Positions 1 through 12,150 of a DNA stretch of 64,000 nucleotides are shown piece by piece. This DNA is from Phallusia mammillata (lineage: Eukaryota): NCBI GenBank assembly GCA_965637545.1, contig OZ281496.1, positions 12,834,001 through 12,898,000 of the forward strand, in the 5' to 3' direction. Within the stretch, counting starts at the first letter, position 1. The number at the start of each line of letters is the position of its first letter. The translations under genes and the position numbers were made by a program. Below the pieces are notes generated by a model that had not been told where the DNA came from, did not search any database, and saw only the letters and a program-made list of their open reading frames with translations.

Positions 1-1290
1 TCTGAGGGTGCTGTAGATGCAGGTGGACCTACCAGAGAATTTTTAAGATTAGTAATGCAAGCTGTGGCAAACAGCATAATATTTGAAGGAAATGAAACAG
101 CAAAAATTCTCACAAGAAATGAAACAGGTACATAATAGTACATTAGATATACCTTAGTTCTACAGTTTGTTGATTAGCAAACAACTTTGTAAAATGTGTA
201 CTTTTGTTACGGTATATTGAAGCAAATTAAGAATGAAAAATACTACCAAATTAATAGTTGTGTTTATTTTATAGCAATTGCCAAGGACCTGTATTATGTG
301 TATGGGTGTATTATCTCCCTTTCAATCATTCATGGTGGGCCTGCTCCACGCTTTTTTTCCCAGTTATTGTATGATCAAGTTCTTGATAGATCAAGAAATT
401 TTTTGGACGCTCTTGCAACTATAAATGACCCTGTCTTGTTTTCCAAGTTAACAAAAGTAAGCGCTAATTCAATTGTATAGTATTTGTATGTTAAACTGTC
501 AACTTTGTAAGATAAATTCAACTTGTCAACAGATCAAAAATACTGATACAGTAGAGGAATTAAATGTGGCATTGTCAGATATGGATGATTTCTTGTCTAT
601 TTGTGGTTCCATTACATTTGTGAAGGACCTGTCATGCAAAAATGACATTGTTGAAAAAGCAATTAAATTTTATACAGAGGATCGCCTTACCGAGTTATTG
701 GCCAGGTATGGCTTAAAAGCAATGATTTATATTACTGAGACAGTAAGAGGTTTTTGTTTATTTCAAGGTTTAGACTTGGTCTAATGACACATAATTTGCT
801 ACATAAGGCAAAATTGGCACCAAATGGATTTGAGGATATTTTTCTGTGGCAAAACAATAAACCATTGAGTGGCATAGAAATTGTTGACTCAATTTTCATC
901 AATTTAAATCTATCAGAACCTGGAAGCAACGAAAGATGCCAGGAAAATCGGGCGGTTTCCTTCTGGAGGGATTACATACTGGATGTTGAAGGTATTCACA
1001 TTCAGCACATTAGCATACAACACATGACTTGTGTTTTGACTTTCATTTCAGATGGGGAATCCTTATGTTCAATAAAAGAAATTTTAATATTTGCAACTGG
1101 GGCAGATCAAGTGCCTCCTCTTGGTTTTTCTCCAACTCCATCCATTGAGTTCTCGAACGAGTCTATGTACCCTTTGGCAAACACTTGTGCGAACATATTG
1201 ACTGTACCCACAAGATACAGCAAGTATGAAAACTTCAAAGAAGCAATGGATTTTGCAATCCTGAATTCCCCCGGATTTGGTGTTGCTTAA
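1..1290 (+). CDS. HECT-domain E3 ubiquitin ligase (G2E3-like), 3' part; 5' end outside window
   Basis: Spliced exons about 1-127, 275-456, 533-705, 768-991 and 1052-1290 (GT-AG) join in frame. Motifs: EGAVDAGGPTREF, YG..ISLSIIHGGPAPRFF, RFRLGL, ILIFATGADQVPPLGFSPTPSIEF, catalytic YPLANTCANILTVP and terminal GFGVA*. Confidence 0.9.
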
Positions 1291-1499
1291 CTGAAATATA
1301 ACACAAATCTACCCTGATATTTTGGATCCTTTGAAATGGCTAGTTGGGTGTTCTTTTGTTTTTGATCTTTTTTAGCCAGTGCTTTTCTGGTCACTACCTG
1401 GATTTAAACCCGAAATAAATGACATCTTGCTGGCACATTTTTGTATTGTTTTCAAAACATGCAAATCAAAAAACTGTTACATTAGTTCATGCATCAAAT

Positions 1500-2853
1500 T
1501 TACACTACCAAAGCATTGTGTTGTGTCCGGATTAAATATTCCAACGTTTTATTGACTGCATTTTTATACAAAATAATTCCATCTAGATTAGAGTTTTGCT
1601 GCAATAGGTCCTGTAGCTCACTCACACATTCATGTGGTAAATGGGGAATAGCGTCTACTTCAACAGAACTTGTACCTGGGCATACAATATCCTCACTATC
1701 TATTTTACCAGTATCGTTTAAAGTTTGCAGTTGAAGTAAATGTAAGTTAAGATGAAACAACTGTTCAGGAGTGCAATTTTTTTCAGTGGAAAGACTGTGC
1801 TTGTTCCAAGCATTAACAAACTCCTGGATTCGCTTATTAATGATGTGGCAAAACACAAAATGTAAACAAAACAAATCTGTATCATTTGTTGGGTCAAGCA
1901 AATTACTTTCTTCAAGAAAGAAAAAGTCATTGTAAAATTTATTTACAACTTGTGTGTTTATATCACGGTTGAACCTTTCAATGCGCTGGTTATGGACAGA
2001 GCTTCCAGTAATAACTGCATGATAGTTCTGATGCTTTTCTAGCATGTAATTCCACACTTGCACATTTTCTCCTCCATAGTCGGATCGAACATGTAATGGT
2101 AAACCATATTTTGCTTCAGCTTCCTTAAACAATTTTAACACTACAGATGATCTGTTATTGGTTGAACAGTGGCAGAATGTAATGAGACGACTAAAGCCAT
2201 CCATAGCTGCATGTATGACAAATTTCCATCTTATGAGCTTATGTGTTCCATCTATGTGCCAAATATAATTAGGACACGGAACAGTGTAGGTCCTTCTGCT
2301 TATTGTAGTCAGCTGTCTTGCATGGATCCCCTCGCCATCAACTCGGTGAAGACTCTGACGCAATCTTTTTCTTTGGATACGTATACCCTGTGATTGAAGA
2401 TGACCCTTCATCATTGCCTCTCCAGCTGCTGGGTGGTTTTGTTTTATGTTGCGGACTACATCATCCAACTCATTATTGGTCAACGAACTGCAAAATAAAT
2501 ACCCGACCTTGAGAAAATGTACTTTTTGAACCTGTGTATACACATTGATCAGATACAGTATACTCATTTAGAACCAAAACAAAGTTCATGATATACCTGT
2601 ACTGATTAATATCCACATCGTTTTCTCTCATAACCCTTTTTAGGGTTGGTCGCGAAATTTCCAAGATTTTTGCAATTTTTGTAATTGAGACTTTAAGTTG
2701 CAAAAGTTCCAACAACCTGTCCATCGGAACTTGCTTTTTTGGCCTTCCCTTGAAGTAGAATAAAGAAAATAAAAAAATGCTCTTGCATGGATGTTACCAA
2801 ACTAACCATAATAAAACACATGCAGGTCCGCCTCTACGACGTCCACGTTCCAT
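1500..2853 (-). CDS. DDE integrase-core transposase (IS3EU-like) with N-terminal HTH
   Basis: Exons about 2853-2824 (MERGRRRGGP, probable GC donor), 2748-2597 (GRPKK..ITKIAKILEISRPTL) and 2487-1500. Catalytic motifs WHIDGTHKL, VRSDYGGEN and SVHNQRIERF are present with no stops. Confidence 0.88.
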
Positions 2854-3096
2854 ATTTCTGGTTTTGGAACCGAGATTATCCACACCGTTCGTTCATTGCA
2901 TTGCTAATGTTTAACTGTATTTACCTCTCCTAACCTAATTGATTGCAATTAAATAATATGTTACAGTTGTCAACTAACAGCAGATTTCTGACCGGTTGCG
3001 AATTAGACAAACCCCGAAACGTTGCATGTAATTTAAGTCCTTACACCCCGTTGGTTATTATGGTCCGGTCCATCACTCAGTTCGTCATGGTTCAGT

Positions 3097-3397
3097 GCTA
3101 AATCGGAATGGCATTCCCGTTCTGATTTAGCTAAATCGGAATGGCATTCCCGTTCTGATTTAGCTAAATCGGAACGGAAATTTTATTCCTCTTCTGATTT
3201 AGCTAAATCGGAATGGCATTCCCGTTCTGAAATAGCTAAAACGGAACGGAAATGTTATTCCCGTTCTGATTTAACTAAATCGAAATGAAAATGACATTCC
3301 CGTTCTGATATAGCTAAATCGGAATGGAACTGTTATTCCCGTTCTGATATAGCTAAATCGGAATGGCATTGCCCATTCTGATATAGCTAAATCAAAA
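3097..3397. repeat. Subterminal tandem array, 33-39 bp unit, about 8 copies
   Basis: Unit gctaaatcggaatggcattcccgttctgattta, with variants carrying a 6-bp insert. Confidence 0.9.
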
Positions 3398-3617
3398 TGA
3401 CGTGGTTCTTTACACATGCATATTTTTACAAAGGGCTTCATTATTTGGGCAAAAAAGGCTTTTTAGAAATGTCATTGATATTTTTACAAACGGCGCCCCA
3501 TAGCTGGCAACGAAGGCTGAGTTGGTAAAGGCTGCTGGTAGAGGGCTACTAGTCTAGCTGTTGCTAGCACGTGTTGTCATATACCTTTAAAAACACTACT
3601 TTTAACTACAGTTTAGA

Positions 3618-5120
3618 ATGGATAATAAAAGACTTAGGCGGGGTTCTTGGAGCATCTCAGAATGTTCCCTTTTGGTCCAGCTAATTAATGAAAAAACAAA
3701 TATTAGAAAAAATAGACGGAAAAACACAACGAAATCAGCAGATCTTTTTACAGTTGGAAAAGGAATTTCGGGAACGTGGAATGAGTTATGATTGGTATAT
3801 ATTTTGCACTCATTGTAATAGTTTGTAGTGACCAGTTAGACTTACTTTTCGTGTGCAGGAAACAAATCAGAAACAAGTGGAAAAACCTGAAGGCTCAATA
3901 CTTTCAGGTGTATAAAGAGAGTTTGAAGTCAGGCGCAGGTGCCATTAATTGGCCCTTATACCAAGATATGTATAACCTTTTGAAAAGTCGTCCACGTACA
4001 CAGGTACAAGCTTTTGTATGGTCCATGCCTGTCAGACTGTCTTGCCACCAAACAAATATGAGGATGTGAAAAGCTATTTTTAAATCTCTTGTATTATGTA
4101 TTAAACTCTTTTAGCTGCTTGCTTTTGAAAAATTATTATGCAGGCAATGGAAGGAGAGGGCATAGATACTTTTTCGCAGCAATTTCAGAAAGGTCAGTGA
4201 TAAGGTTGTTTTACTTTGAAGATGAAATACAAATCAAAACATTAAGTCAAAAATAGTTAGGAATGATAAGTCAAGAAGTGATAGTAGTCGAATGGTATGC
4301 AGTAGTATAAATGTATACAGTTATTTTTAGATGACATACAAGACACCAGCAACAGCAGCATTTCTGAAGATGGTATTGGTAAGTTCTAAAAACTGGTGAT
4401 ACACAACTATGTTGAGTAGGTGCAGCTAAATGTTATGCAGTCTTATATGTGTTTTTTTATTTCTTAACCTTTTAGAAACTCCAGGCAGTACAGCTGACAC
4501 CAGTCATAATGGTAAGCAACCGCCAAATAACTAGAAATGTTTATTGCATTCATTATTTACTATTTTACAGAGGGAAATGAAAATTTGGAAAATGAAGAAG
4601 GAGAGTTAGGTAAGTTTCTATGTATTACTTAAATACTGCCATTGGTACATAACGAAAGCATCTTTGTTGGTTTTTCTGTTCTGTTGCAGATAATCCTGAC
4701 CATGGCCGAAAACGTAAAGCAAAAGGTATGGTGAAAAGTCTTGTAGAACTTAACACAAGAATATGTTAGTTTGTATGAGTGTTGTTTTATCTGTGCATGA
4801 GAATGCAACCCTTAGATGTAATAATTTTGATGTCACTTAGATTCTGAAACTACAAGCAAGAAGAGGAGAGGTATAAATACTGCTAGGACTTAGTGAAATG
4901 TCATTACTTTTAGTGCATTTTTAACCAGATTGGGAAAATGGAATTCAAATTCTTGCAAACGTTTTCGAGACCCAGTGTGAAAAGGACCGACAATCTCGTC
5001 GTGAAATTATGAGAGATGGCCCAAACATTTACCAGCGGTTTGCAGATGCTTTTACAGCACCAACAGGCAGAACCCATTGTATTTCAAATGGAAAGTGGTT
5101 CCTTTCAACCCAATCATGAA
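3618..5120 (+). pseudogene. Myb/SANT-like (trihelix) DNA-binding gene, Harbinger ORF1, multi-exon
   Basis: MDNKRLRRGSWS... then KQIRNKWKNLKAQYFQVYKESLKSGAGAINWPLYQDM, followed by many small exons. Probable frameshifts in exon 1. Convergent with the Harbinger transposase. Confidence 0.75.
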
Positions 5121-5181
5121 TAAAAGTATACTCCAACGTTTATTTGTATCCTTTATTTTCGTATGTTTGGTACAAGTTAAA

Positions 5182-6785
5182 CTACAAAAATCGCGAAGAG
5201 GTTCGTCGCGGCTGTGTGGAGGAGAGATGTCTCATAATTGCCAGTCGAACTTCGGCACCGTGGCCTAATGACATGTCACATGGGCGTGTGGATGGTTCAG
5301 AGAACGTAGTATGATTTTGGGCACTAAACAACTGCTCTGGCACTTGTGTGTTGTGCAATTCGCAGAAGTTGTGTAATGCACAGCAAGTTGAAATAATGTA
5401 AGGTGCAAAGTCGATGTCAGCCTCGATCTTTTTCGAAAGAATCCGCCAACGTGCCTTCAAACGACCGAATGCATTTTCGACGAAAATGCGAACGCCACTA
5501 TGATAACAATTAAAAGATTCCTGGTCGGACGTTAGCCCAGAGCCAATAAATGGTTTGATTATCCAGGGCAAAAGGGGGTATGCTGGATCGCCAAGTAGTA
5601 AAAGTGGTATTTCTGTTTCTTCCAGAAATATTGAACCCTGCAAAGTAACGGGCGGTGATTAGGTTAACCAGTATCTTTAACAAAACAAGCTAAGCTACCT
5701 TCGGCAAGTATTGTGAGTAGCCTATCTGTAAATTCCGGATTGCTTAAGACTGTGGCATCGTGGACACATCCGGGCTGGCGTATGTTAATATCGCGAAACC
5801 TGTGCGTTATTTAAAAAAATATTAAGCAAAATCACTTCTAACTAGCGCTTTGAAACAACTGTTTAAGCTTACATATATTTGTCGTCTACTATAGCCTGCA
5901 AAACCAAAGAATCCCAACCCTTGCGGTTTGTATAGTCTTTTTTTCCATCTTTTGGTGCAGTTATAGGAATATGGCTACCATCTATACACCCGTACACCTT
6001 AAGATACCAATAATTTGTAGTCAACGTAACAAAAAAGAAACCAACCAAAAATTACATACCTGTTGAAAATGAAGTTTTGTTTCTATTCTATGTGCAATTT
6101 CTGTCGCTTCACTATCCGATGGCATGTGTATAAAAATGTGCAATCTTTTGTTGATTGCTTTGCAAAAACTGAATGAGTGATTAACTTTAGAAAAAGTTAA
6201 TAAATCCCACTATACATGCAGCTTACCGATGCAGACAGTTGCAGACTGTAGGCTTACTTACTCCAAAAAGGTTGGCCACCGACCTGTATTCGGCGGAGGA
6301 TGCCAATTTGTATAACGCTATGGCCACGCGCTTGTCCGAAGGTATGGAAGGTCTCACTACAATATCATCTAACGAACGAATATAGTCTTAAGTGCTTTAT
6401 TGTTTAACGAGAACGAAAAATCTTACCTGGCTTCATGTCTGTGTCTACTGTTTCGCATAATTTTTTGAAGGTATTTTTGTTTATTCTAAAATTTTCCACC
6501 CACTTGGCATCATTGTACTTCAGAACGTCCTGTTCCCAGTACTGGCCAAATCTACGAAAGTTTGTTTTTCAAACACATAACAAGCAGTTTCTAAACTATT
6601 TTTAATGTTGGTATACCTTGCATACATCCAAATCCGTCCACTTCGGCCATCAGGCTTGCATTTAATGAATTGCAGTTACAGAGCAGTTGAATTCGCCTAC
6701 TTTGTGCGCGAGTTTCAAATTCCAGCATTTGGAAACATGCTTCCATAACAAATTTCATTAACAGATAAATAGCTGCTTCATACAT
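5182..6785 (-). CDS. PIF/Harbinger DDE transposase (HARBI1-like), intron-containing; possible exon-1 frameshift
   Basis: DKRVAIALYKLASSAEYRSVANLFGV, YGCIDGSHIPI, PGCVHDATVL, LLGDPAYPL, VENAFGRLKARWRIL, CCALHNFC. Confidence 0.9.
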
Positions 6786-6929
6786 TTTTTTGCTACCTAA
6801 CGTACTATGCCACTTGCGCAAAGAAACACCATGTAAACACAATGCTTTAGCGCATTGAAGTACAATTCGCATGTGACGTCATAGAATGCGCATTGAAGAT
6901 ATATTTGGATTCGATCATGTAAACGGGGT

Positions 6930-9311
6930 TATTGCAATGCTAAGAGTCAAAAAATGATTGTACAATTTTTTGGGCAAAACTTTATGAAGCACAATTTTTC
7001 CAGTATATAACAAAAACTGTCGGAACTCAGTTGCTTTCCAGTGTTCTATTTCCTTTAATGTTCTTGGTTTTCTTGCAAATACAGAGGGTACAAAAGATTT
7101 GAGGTGGATCAGTTTCTCAGAAATTAAATTTATTTGTTGTACCCCTAGTCTAACATTTTTAGGGCCTCTAACCCATGTTACTAAAAGTTTTTTCATGACA
7201 CCCAAGCACACTTGGTGCATGTAATCAATAGGAAACTGTTTTACCATGTTGATAGGCAGGCCACAAAATGGAGATAAACTGTTGTGATGCTGTTCGTTTA
7301 CTTGGCTACGAAAAGACTCATCAGTTCGTTCAACATAATTACATGTTTCTTGGTATGTCATGCGACCCACCCAAGTACCCTGTTGAGCACATTTGTCACA
7401 TCCATAATACCCAGAAAAAAGTTTTGTTCCTTTAACCATTGATCGCGCAGGAGCATCACAAACCACACTGTGGATCTTGCATGCAAAAGTAATACCCTTG
7501 CAAAAAATTCCATGTGTCAAAATATTATTCAGTTCTTGTATGAAATCTTCTAAAAAGTCCAAGTTTGATGGTTTAGATCAGGGGTGGGCAAACTTTTCAG
7601 TGCAAGGGCCGCATTCAAAAGTTTATAATCTTACCGGGCCGCATAGTATTTCACCAACGACCGCCAATTGCTTATTGTTGTTTTGTTTTAAAACAACTGA
7701 TGCAAAGAATAAGGTTTGTATCATATATATACCATTTAAAGTCGCCTAATATGCTCTGATTAACAATTTCTAACTTGTGCATAAATTTAGCTGAACGGAG
7801 CTAACTGTTTATGACGTCATAAACTGTATTGTGACGATTCCAGTGCCTGTTTTTTCGCATTGTTTGCACATAATAAGCGGATAAAAAGCCTGGCACATAT
7901 GGTTACTAGACTGCTAATCTTTTTTCCAGTCCCACGAAATCTGTTTTAGCAGTTTAAAAATCAAAATATTTAGCAAAATAGATTGCGGCCGCAGGTTGTG
8001 CACCCCTGCGCAAAATTATTACATAGTATATTTTCAGCTTTATGCAAATACGTTTGTTCATGACTGCACAAACATTGGTTGAAACGCTACAATTGTAATT
8101 GTTTCAAAAAAACAAGCGTTTGTTGCAACAAAGGCTGAACCACGTATTTTGTTAATAAAGTCCGAGTGCCAACATTAAACAAAAAGTACTGCAACGACCT
8201 AACCATGATCCAAAGTGACCAAAGTTTGGGCGTCAACAGTGCAAAGTTGGCTGTTTTTGAAAACGTGAATCGCTTTTACTTTTATCGAACGAAGAAATTG
8301 TGTCAAGTGACGATTTGCATAATAACGTGGCAGAAAAAACAGGCTAAAGCACGTGAAAAGTATCTGTGTTTAGTTCCAAAGTATCGAACGGGTACAGATA
8401 CTGCATATGGCATTGGTATCGGCAAGTCGCACCCCCGGTATTTTTAAAACTCTGCGCCTGTGCTCATAGTACTATTCAGCGTTACTCGGAAACATTTGGC
8501 GGGCCGCATAAACTCCTTTGGCGGGCCGCATGCGGCCCGCGGGCCGTAGTTTGCCCACCCCTGGTTTAGATAATCCATATGTAAGACACACACAAAATAC
8601 ACATTTTAAGTTTACTATGCAACCAACTACAGGCCAGAAACAAGATTTGGAACTTTTGAACAAAGGCAAACCATCAATATTAAAAGCAAGTTCCAAGTGC
8701 TTAGGCAACATTTCTTTTTCTTCAAACACATCTAGTTGGGCAATAATCTGTTTTTGCAAGCCAAAATTGTAGTACTGCATTCCAGACTTGTTAGTAATGG
8801 AAATATTTGTTTGTGTCTGAAGAAGTGTCCGTGAACAGGATGGAACATCTTTAACCTCTATTTGTGGACCATGCTTTTCAAATAACTTTAAAAGTTGGTC
8901 AACAGCATTATGTTTAACTTGATACTCAATAACCCACTGTTTTAGGTCATCCTCAAAATTAACTGAAAAATCACTGAAACACAAGGCAAGTGTTTCACTG
9001 CTATCAATAACTTTATCAATACCTAAAGGACTATGAAGTATCTTACAAGTAGAAGTGGATGCTATGCCTTTACAGGAATGCTCAGCACACAGTTGTGAAC
9101 CAGTTAGGGCATCACATACAAAATTTCGCTGCTGGTTTGCAAACAGTTCACTAGAAATATCTTCCACATTTTTAACACAAAGCTCTTCACAGTCCGTATT
9201 TTCGTCACTTTCAGAGGACAACATTTGCAAATCAACAGTTTTGCGCCGTTTTATCTCAGCACGCCTGCGTCTCATCCATAAACGCTTGTACGTTTTCCTA
9301 CTCTCATTCAT
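6930..9311 (-). pseudogene. EnSpm/CACTA-type transposase split by insertions
   Basis: FNIDGLPLFKSSKSCFWP, VCDAPARS, GYYGCDKC, FPIDYMHQVCLGVMKKLL, HWKATEFRQFLLYTG. Removing the 7579-8563 MITE and one TSD restores the frame (LTYGLSKPSNLDFL). Confidence 0.9.
7579..8563. mobile_element. Non-autonomous hAT (Charlie/SPIN-like)
   Basis: TIRs caggggtgggcaaact / agtttgcccacccctg; perfect 8-bp TSD GTTTAGAT at 7571-7578 and 8564-8571. Confidence 0.95.
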
Positions 9312-9646
9312 TTTTGTTTATAGGCCCTTATTATATGTTTTAATGTTGGTTACATCTAATAAAATATTAAAAAGACAGCGATTGAAAAAGATAAAAAAAC
9401 ACGACCCACCTGTAGCCTTCTAGATCCAAAAGACTAGCCTCGTGATATTTTTTGTTAAAGTTGCCGGCGATGGCGCTAGACCTACCGTTTTAAAGGAGAA
9501 TATCATCTTGCTAAAAAGTTTGATTGAGTTAAATCTATAATTTATTTATATATACCCAAATGGCAGTGACTCAAAAATTGCTTATTTCTCGAAGTGCTTA
9601 TAACAACTGACTGACTATGAATCAGGCTGCACTAACAAGTAACAAC

Positions 9647-10183
9647 TATAGGCGCCGAATACGGTAGGCGGTGGCGGCAAGGACGTTGGCGGCCATCGTG
9701 GATATTTTTGTTTGTTTGTAATGGTATGGTTCAAAACATCGTAAAATCTGAACGAAAATCAGGAACGATTTTGCTTTTAAACATGCGTGCGTCGTAAAAG
9801 CAACAAAACTTGACTTAAAACTTTAACCCGTTTTGGCTAGTAACCTTGTTTATGACGTGATTAACACGATTGTTGCCAGTCCATGTTTAGCCATTATTGC
9901 GTAGAAATCGATTGTTCTGCAACAAATGGTTAATTTAGGTGATACAAAGAAACAACGTGACGAAACATTTTTAAGCGTTGCTAAACTAATGCTTTAGCAA
10001 AACGTTACAAATAAATATTATTTAAAAAAATTCCTTTCCTATGATTTTGACAAACGTTGCATTTTATTGGATGTAGTTGGGCGTTGAGTTGATCTTGTGG
10101 TTTCCTGCATTAGTGACGTCACATCAAGTGACGTCATATTTTACGTCCGCCACCTTTCATTTTTATGAAACTCGGCGCCTATG
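9647..10183. mobile_element. hAT-type MITE inside the EnSpm element
   Basis: TIRs tataggcgccga / tcggcgcctatg; near-perfect 8-bp TSD gtaacaac / gtaaaaac. Confidence 0.7.
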
Positions 10184-10290
10184 GTAAAAACTATCGGATA
10201 AAATACAACATGCAATACTTGCCGTCAACTTCAGAAAATGTAATGCGCAATTGTAACGTCATGAAATATATTTTTTATTGTCGAGTCTTG

Positions 10291-10722
10291 TTTATAAATA
10301 CAAAATTTGGTGACGATTGGGCACATAATAAGAAAATGACGGACGTGCATCGTCATGAAACCCAAAGGCACGACCGCTTAAACGTTAACGGTCAAACTGA
10401 GTTTGGTGCGAAAACTTTTTTAAATAAAAATCTATAGCAGTTTACCAAAAACGATTTCGATAGGCCGTCTCCGTGTTGTATCTAGTTTATAAATACAAAA
10501 TTTGGTGACGATTGGGCAAATAATAAGAAAATAACGGACGTGCATCGTCATAAAACGCAAGGTCACGACCGCTTAAACGTTAACGGTCAAACTGAGTTTG
10601 GTGCGAAAACTTTTTTAAATAAAAATCTATAGCAGTTTACCAAAAACGATTTCGATAGGCCGTCTCCGTGTTGTATCTAGTTTATAAATACAAAATTTGG
10701 TGACGATTGGGCAAATAATAAG
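10291..10722. repeat. 195-bp tandem duplication, about 2.2 copies
   Basis: tttataaatacaaaatttggtgacgattggg recurs at 10291, 10486 and 10681. Confidence 0.95.
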
Positions 10723-12150
10723 GAGTGCAAAAATGGTCAAATTTGTGTTTTTTTTGAAGACCGTTTGAATTAACTTCATTTTTACGTTAATATTGACGTC
10801 TTAAAATTGTCGAATTTGAGTTTGGTAATACGTTTAAAATTAACGTCATTTTTACGTTAACATCAACATGTTAAAATGGCCTAATTTGAGTTTTAAACAA
10901 AGTTTTAAATTAACGTCATTTTTACGTTAATATTGACGTGTTAAAATGGTCGAATTTGAGTTTAATAAAACGTTTTTAATTGACGTCATTTTTACGTTAA
11001 TATTGACGTGCAAAAATTGTCGAATTTGAGTTTTTGTGAAGTGTTTAAAATTAACGTCATTTTTACGTTAATATTAACGTGCAAAAATGGTCGAATTTGA
11101 GTATAATAAAACGTTAAAAATTAACGTCATTTTAACTTTAATATTGACTTTCAAAAATGGTCGAATTTGAGTTTTGTACAACGTTTAAAATTAACGTCAT
11201 TTTTACGTTAATATTGACGTCTTAAAATTGTCGAATTTGAGTTTGGTAATACGTTTAAAATTAACGTCATTTTTACGTTAACATCAACATGTTAAAATGG
11301 CCTAATTTGAGTTTTAAACAAAGTTTTAAATTAACGTCATTTTTACGTTAATATTGACGTGTTAAAATGGTCGAATTTGAGTTTAATAAAACGTTTTTAA
11401 TTGACGTCATTTTTACGTTAATATTGACGTGCAAAAATTGTCGAATTTGAGTTTTTGTGAAGTGTTTAAAATTAACGTCATTTTTACGTTAATATTAACG
11501 TGCAAAAATGGTCGAATTTGAGTATAATAAAACGTTAAAAATTAACGTCATTTTAACTTTAATATTGACTTTCAAAAATGGTCGAATTTGAGTTTTGTAC
11601 AACGTTTAAAATTAACGTCATTTTTACGTTAATATTGACGTGCAAAAATGGTCGAATTTGAGTTTGATAAAACGTTTTTAATTAACGTCATTTTTACGTT
11701 AATTTTGGACGTACTAAAATGGTCGAATTTGAGTTTTGTAAAAGGTTTAAAATTAACGTAATTTTTACGCTGATATTAACGTAATAAAATGGTCGAATTT
11801 GAGTTTTGAAAAACGTTTAAAATTAACGTCATTTTTACGTTTATATTGACTTTCAAAAATGGTCGAATTTGAGTTTTGTACAACGTTTAAAATTAACGTC
11901 ATTTTTACGTTAATTTTGGACGTATTTAAATGGTCGAATTTGAGTTTTGTGAAAGGTTTAAAATTAACGTCATTTTTACGTTAATTTTGACGTATTGAAA
12001 TGGTCGAATTTGAGTATAATAAAACGTTTACAATTAACGTCATTTTTACGTTAATATTGACGTGCAAAAATGGTCGAATTTGAGTTTAATATAACGTTTA
12101 AAATTAACGTCATTTTTACGTTAATATTAAGGTGTTAAAATGGTCTGATT
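10723..12150. repeat. About 70-bp minisatellite (about 20 copies), EnSpm subterminal region
   Basis: tttacgttaa recurs at 10781, 10851, 10921, 10991 and 11062 onward; a 421-bp six-monomer block is duplicated. Confidence 0.95.

Larger units (their letters stand above)
1..3502 (-). mobile_element. IS3EU-like DNA transposon (right part) carrying transposase and HECT gene
   Basis: Transposase plus subterminal repeat array, ending at ...cggcgccccata (3502), i.e. a TATGG start on the minus strand. This fits the TAY..RTA termini I recall for IS3EU. The other end is outside the window, so the TSD cannot be checked. Confidence 0.6.
3503..6929 (-). mobile_element. Harbinger element (one end visible), inserted into the EnSpm transposase
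   Basis: Myb plus transposase pair. The TIR-like end catgtaaacggggt (about 6916-6929) abuts and truncates the EnSpm ORF. The left end is not seen, probably because the IS3EU-like element inserted there. Confidence 0.75.

Noticed and set aside
1500-2567. Bacterial IS3/IS481 contamination or a retroviral integrase
   Set aside because: The gene has spliceosomal introns and there are no LTR, RT or gag sequences nearby.
3097-3397. CRISPR-like appearance of the 33-39 bp repeats
   Set aside because: Head-to-tail repeats without spacers.
10723-12150. CRISPR-like appearance of the 70-bp array
   Set aside because: Contiguous degenerate monomers with no unique spacers, no cas genes, and a eukaryotic context.
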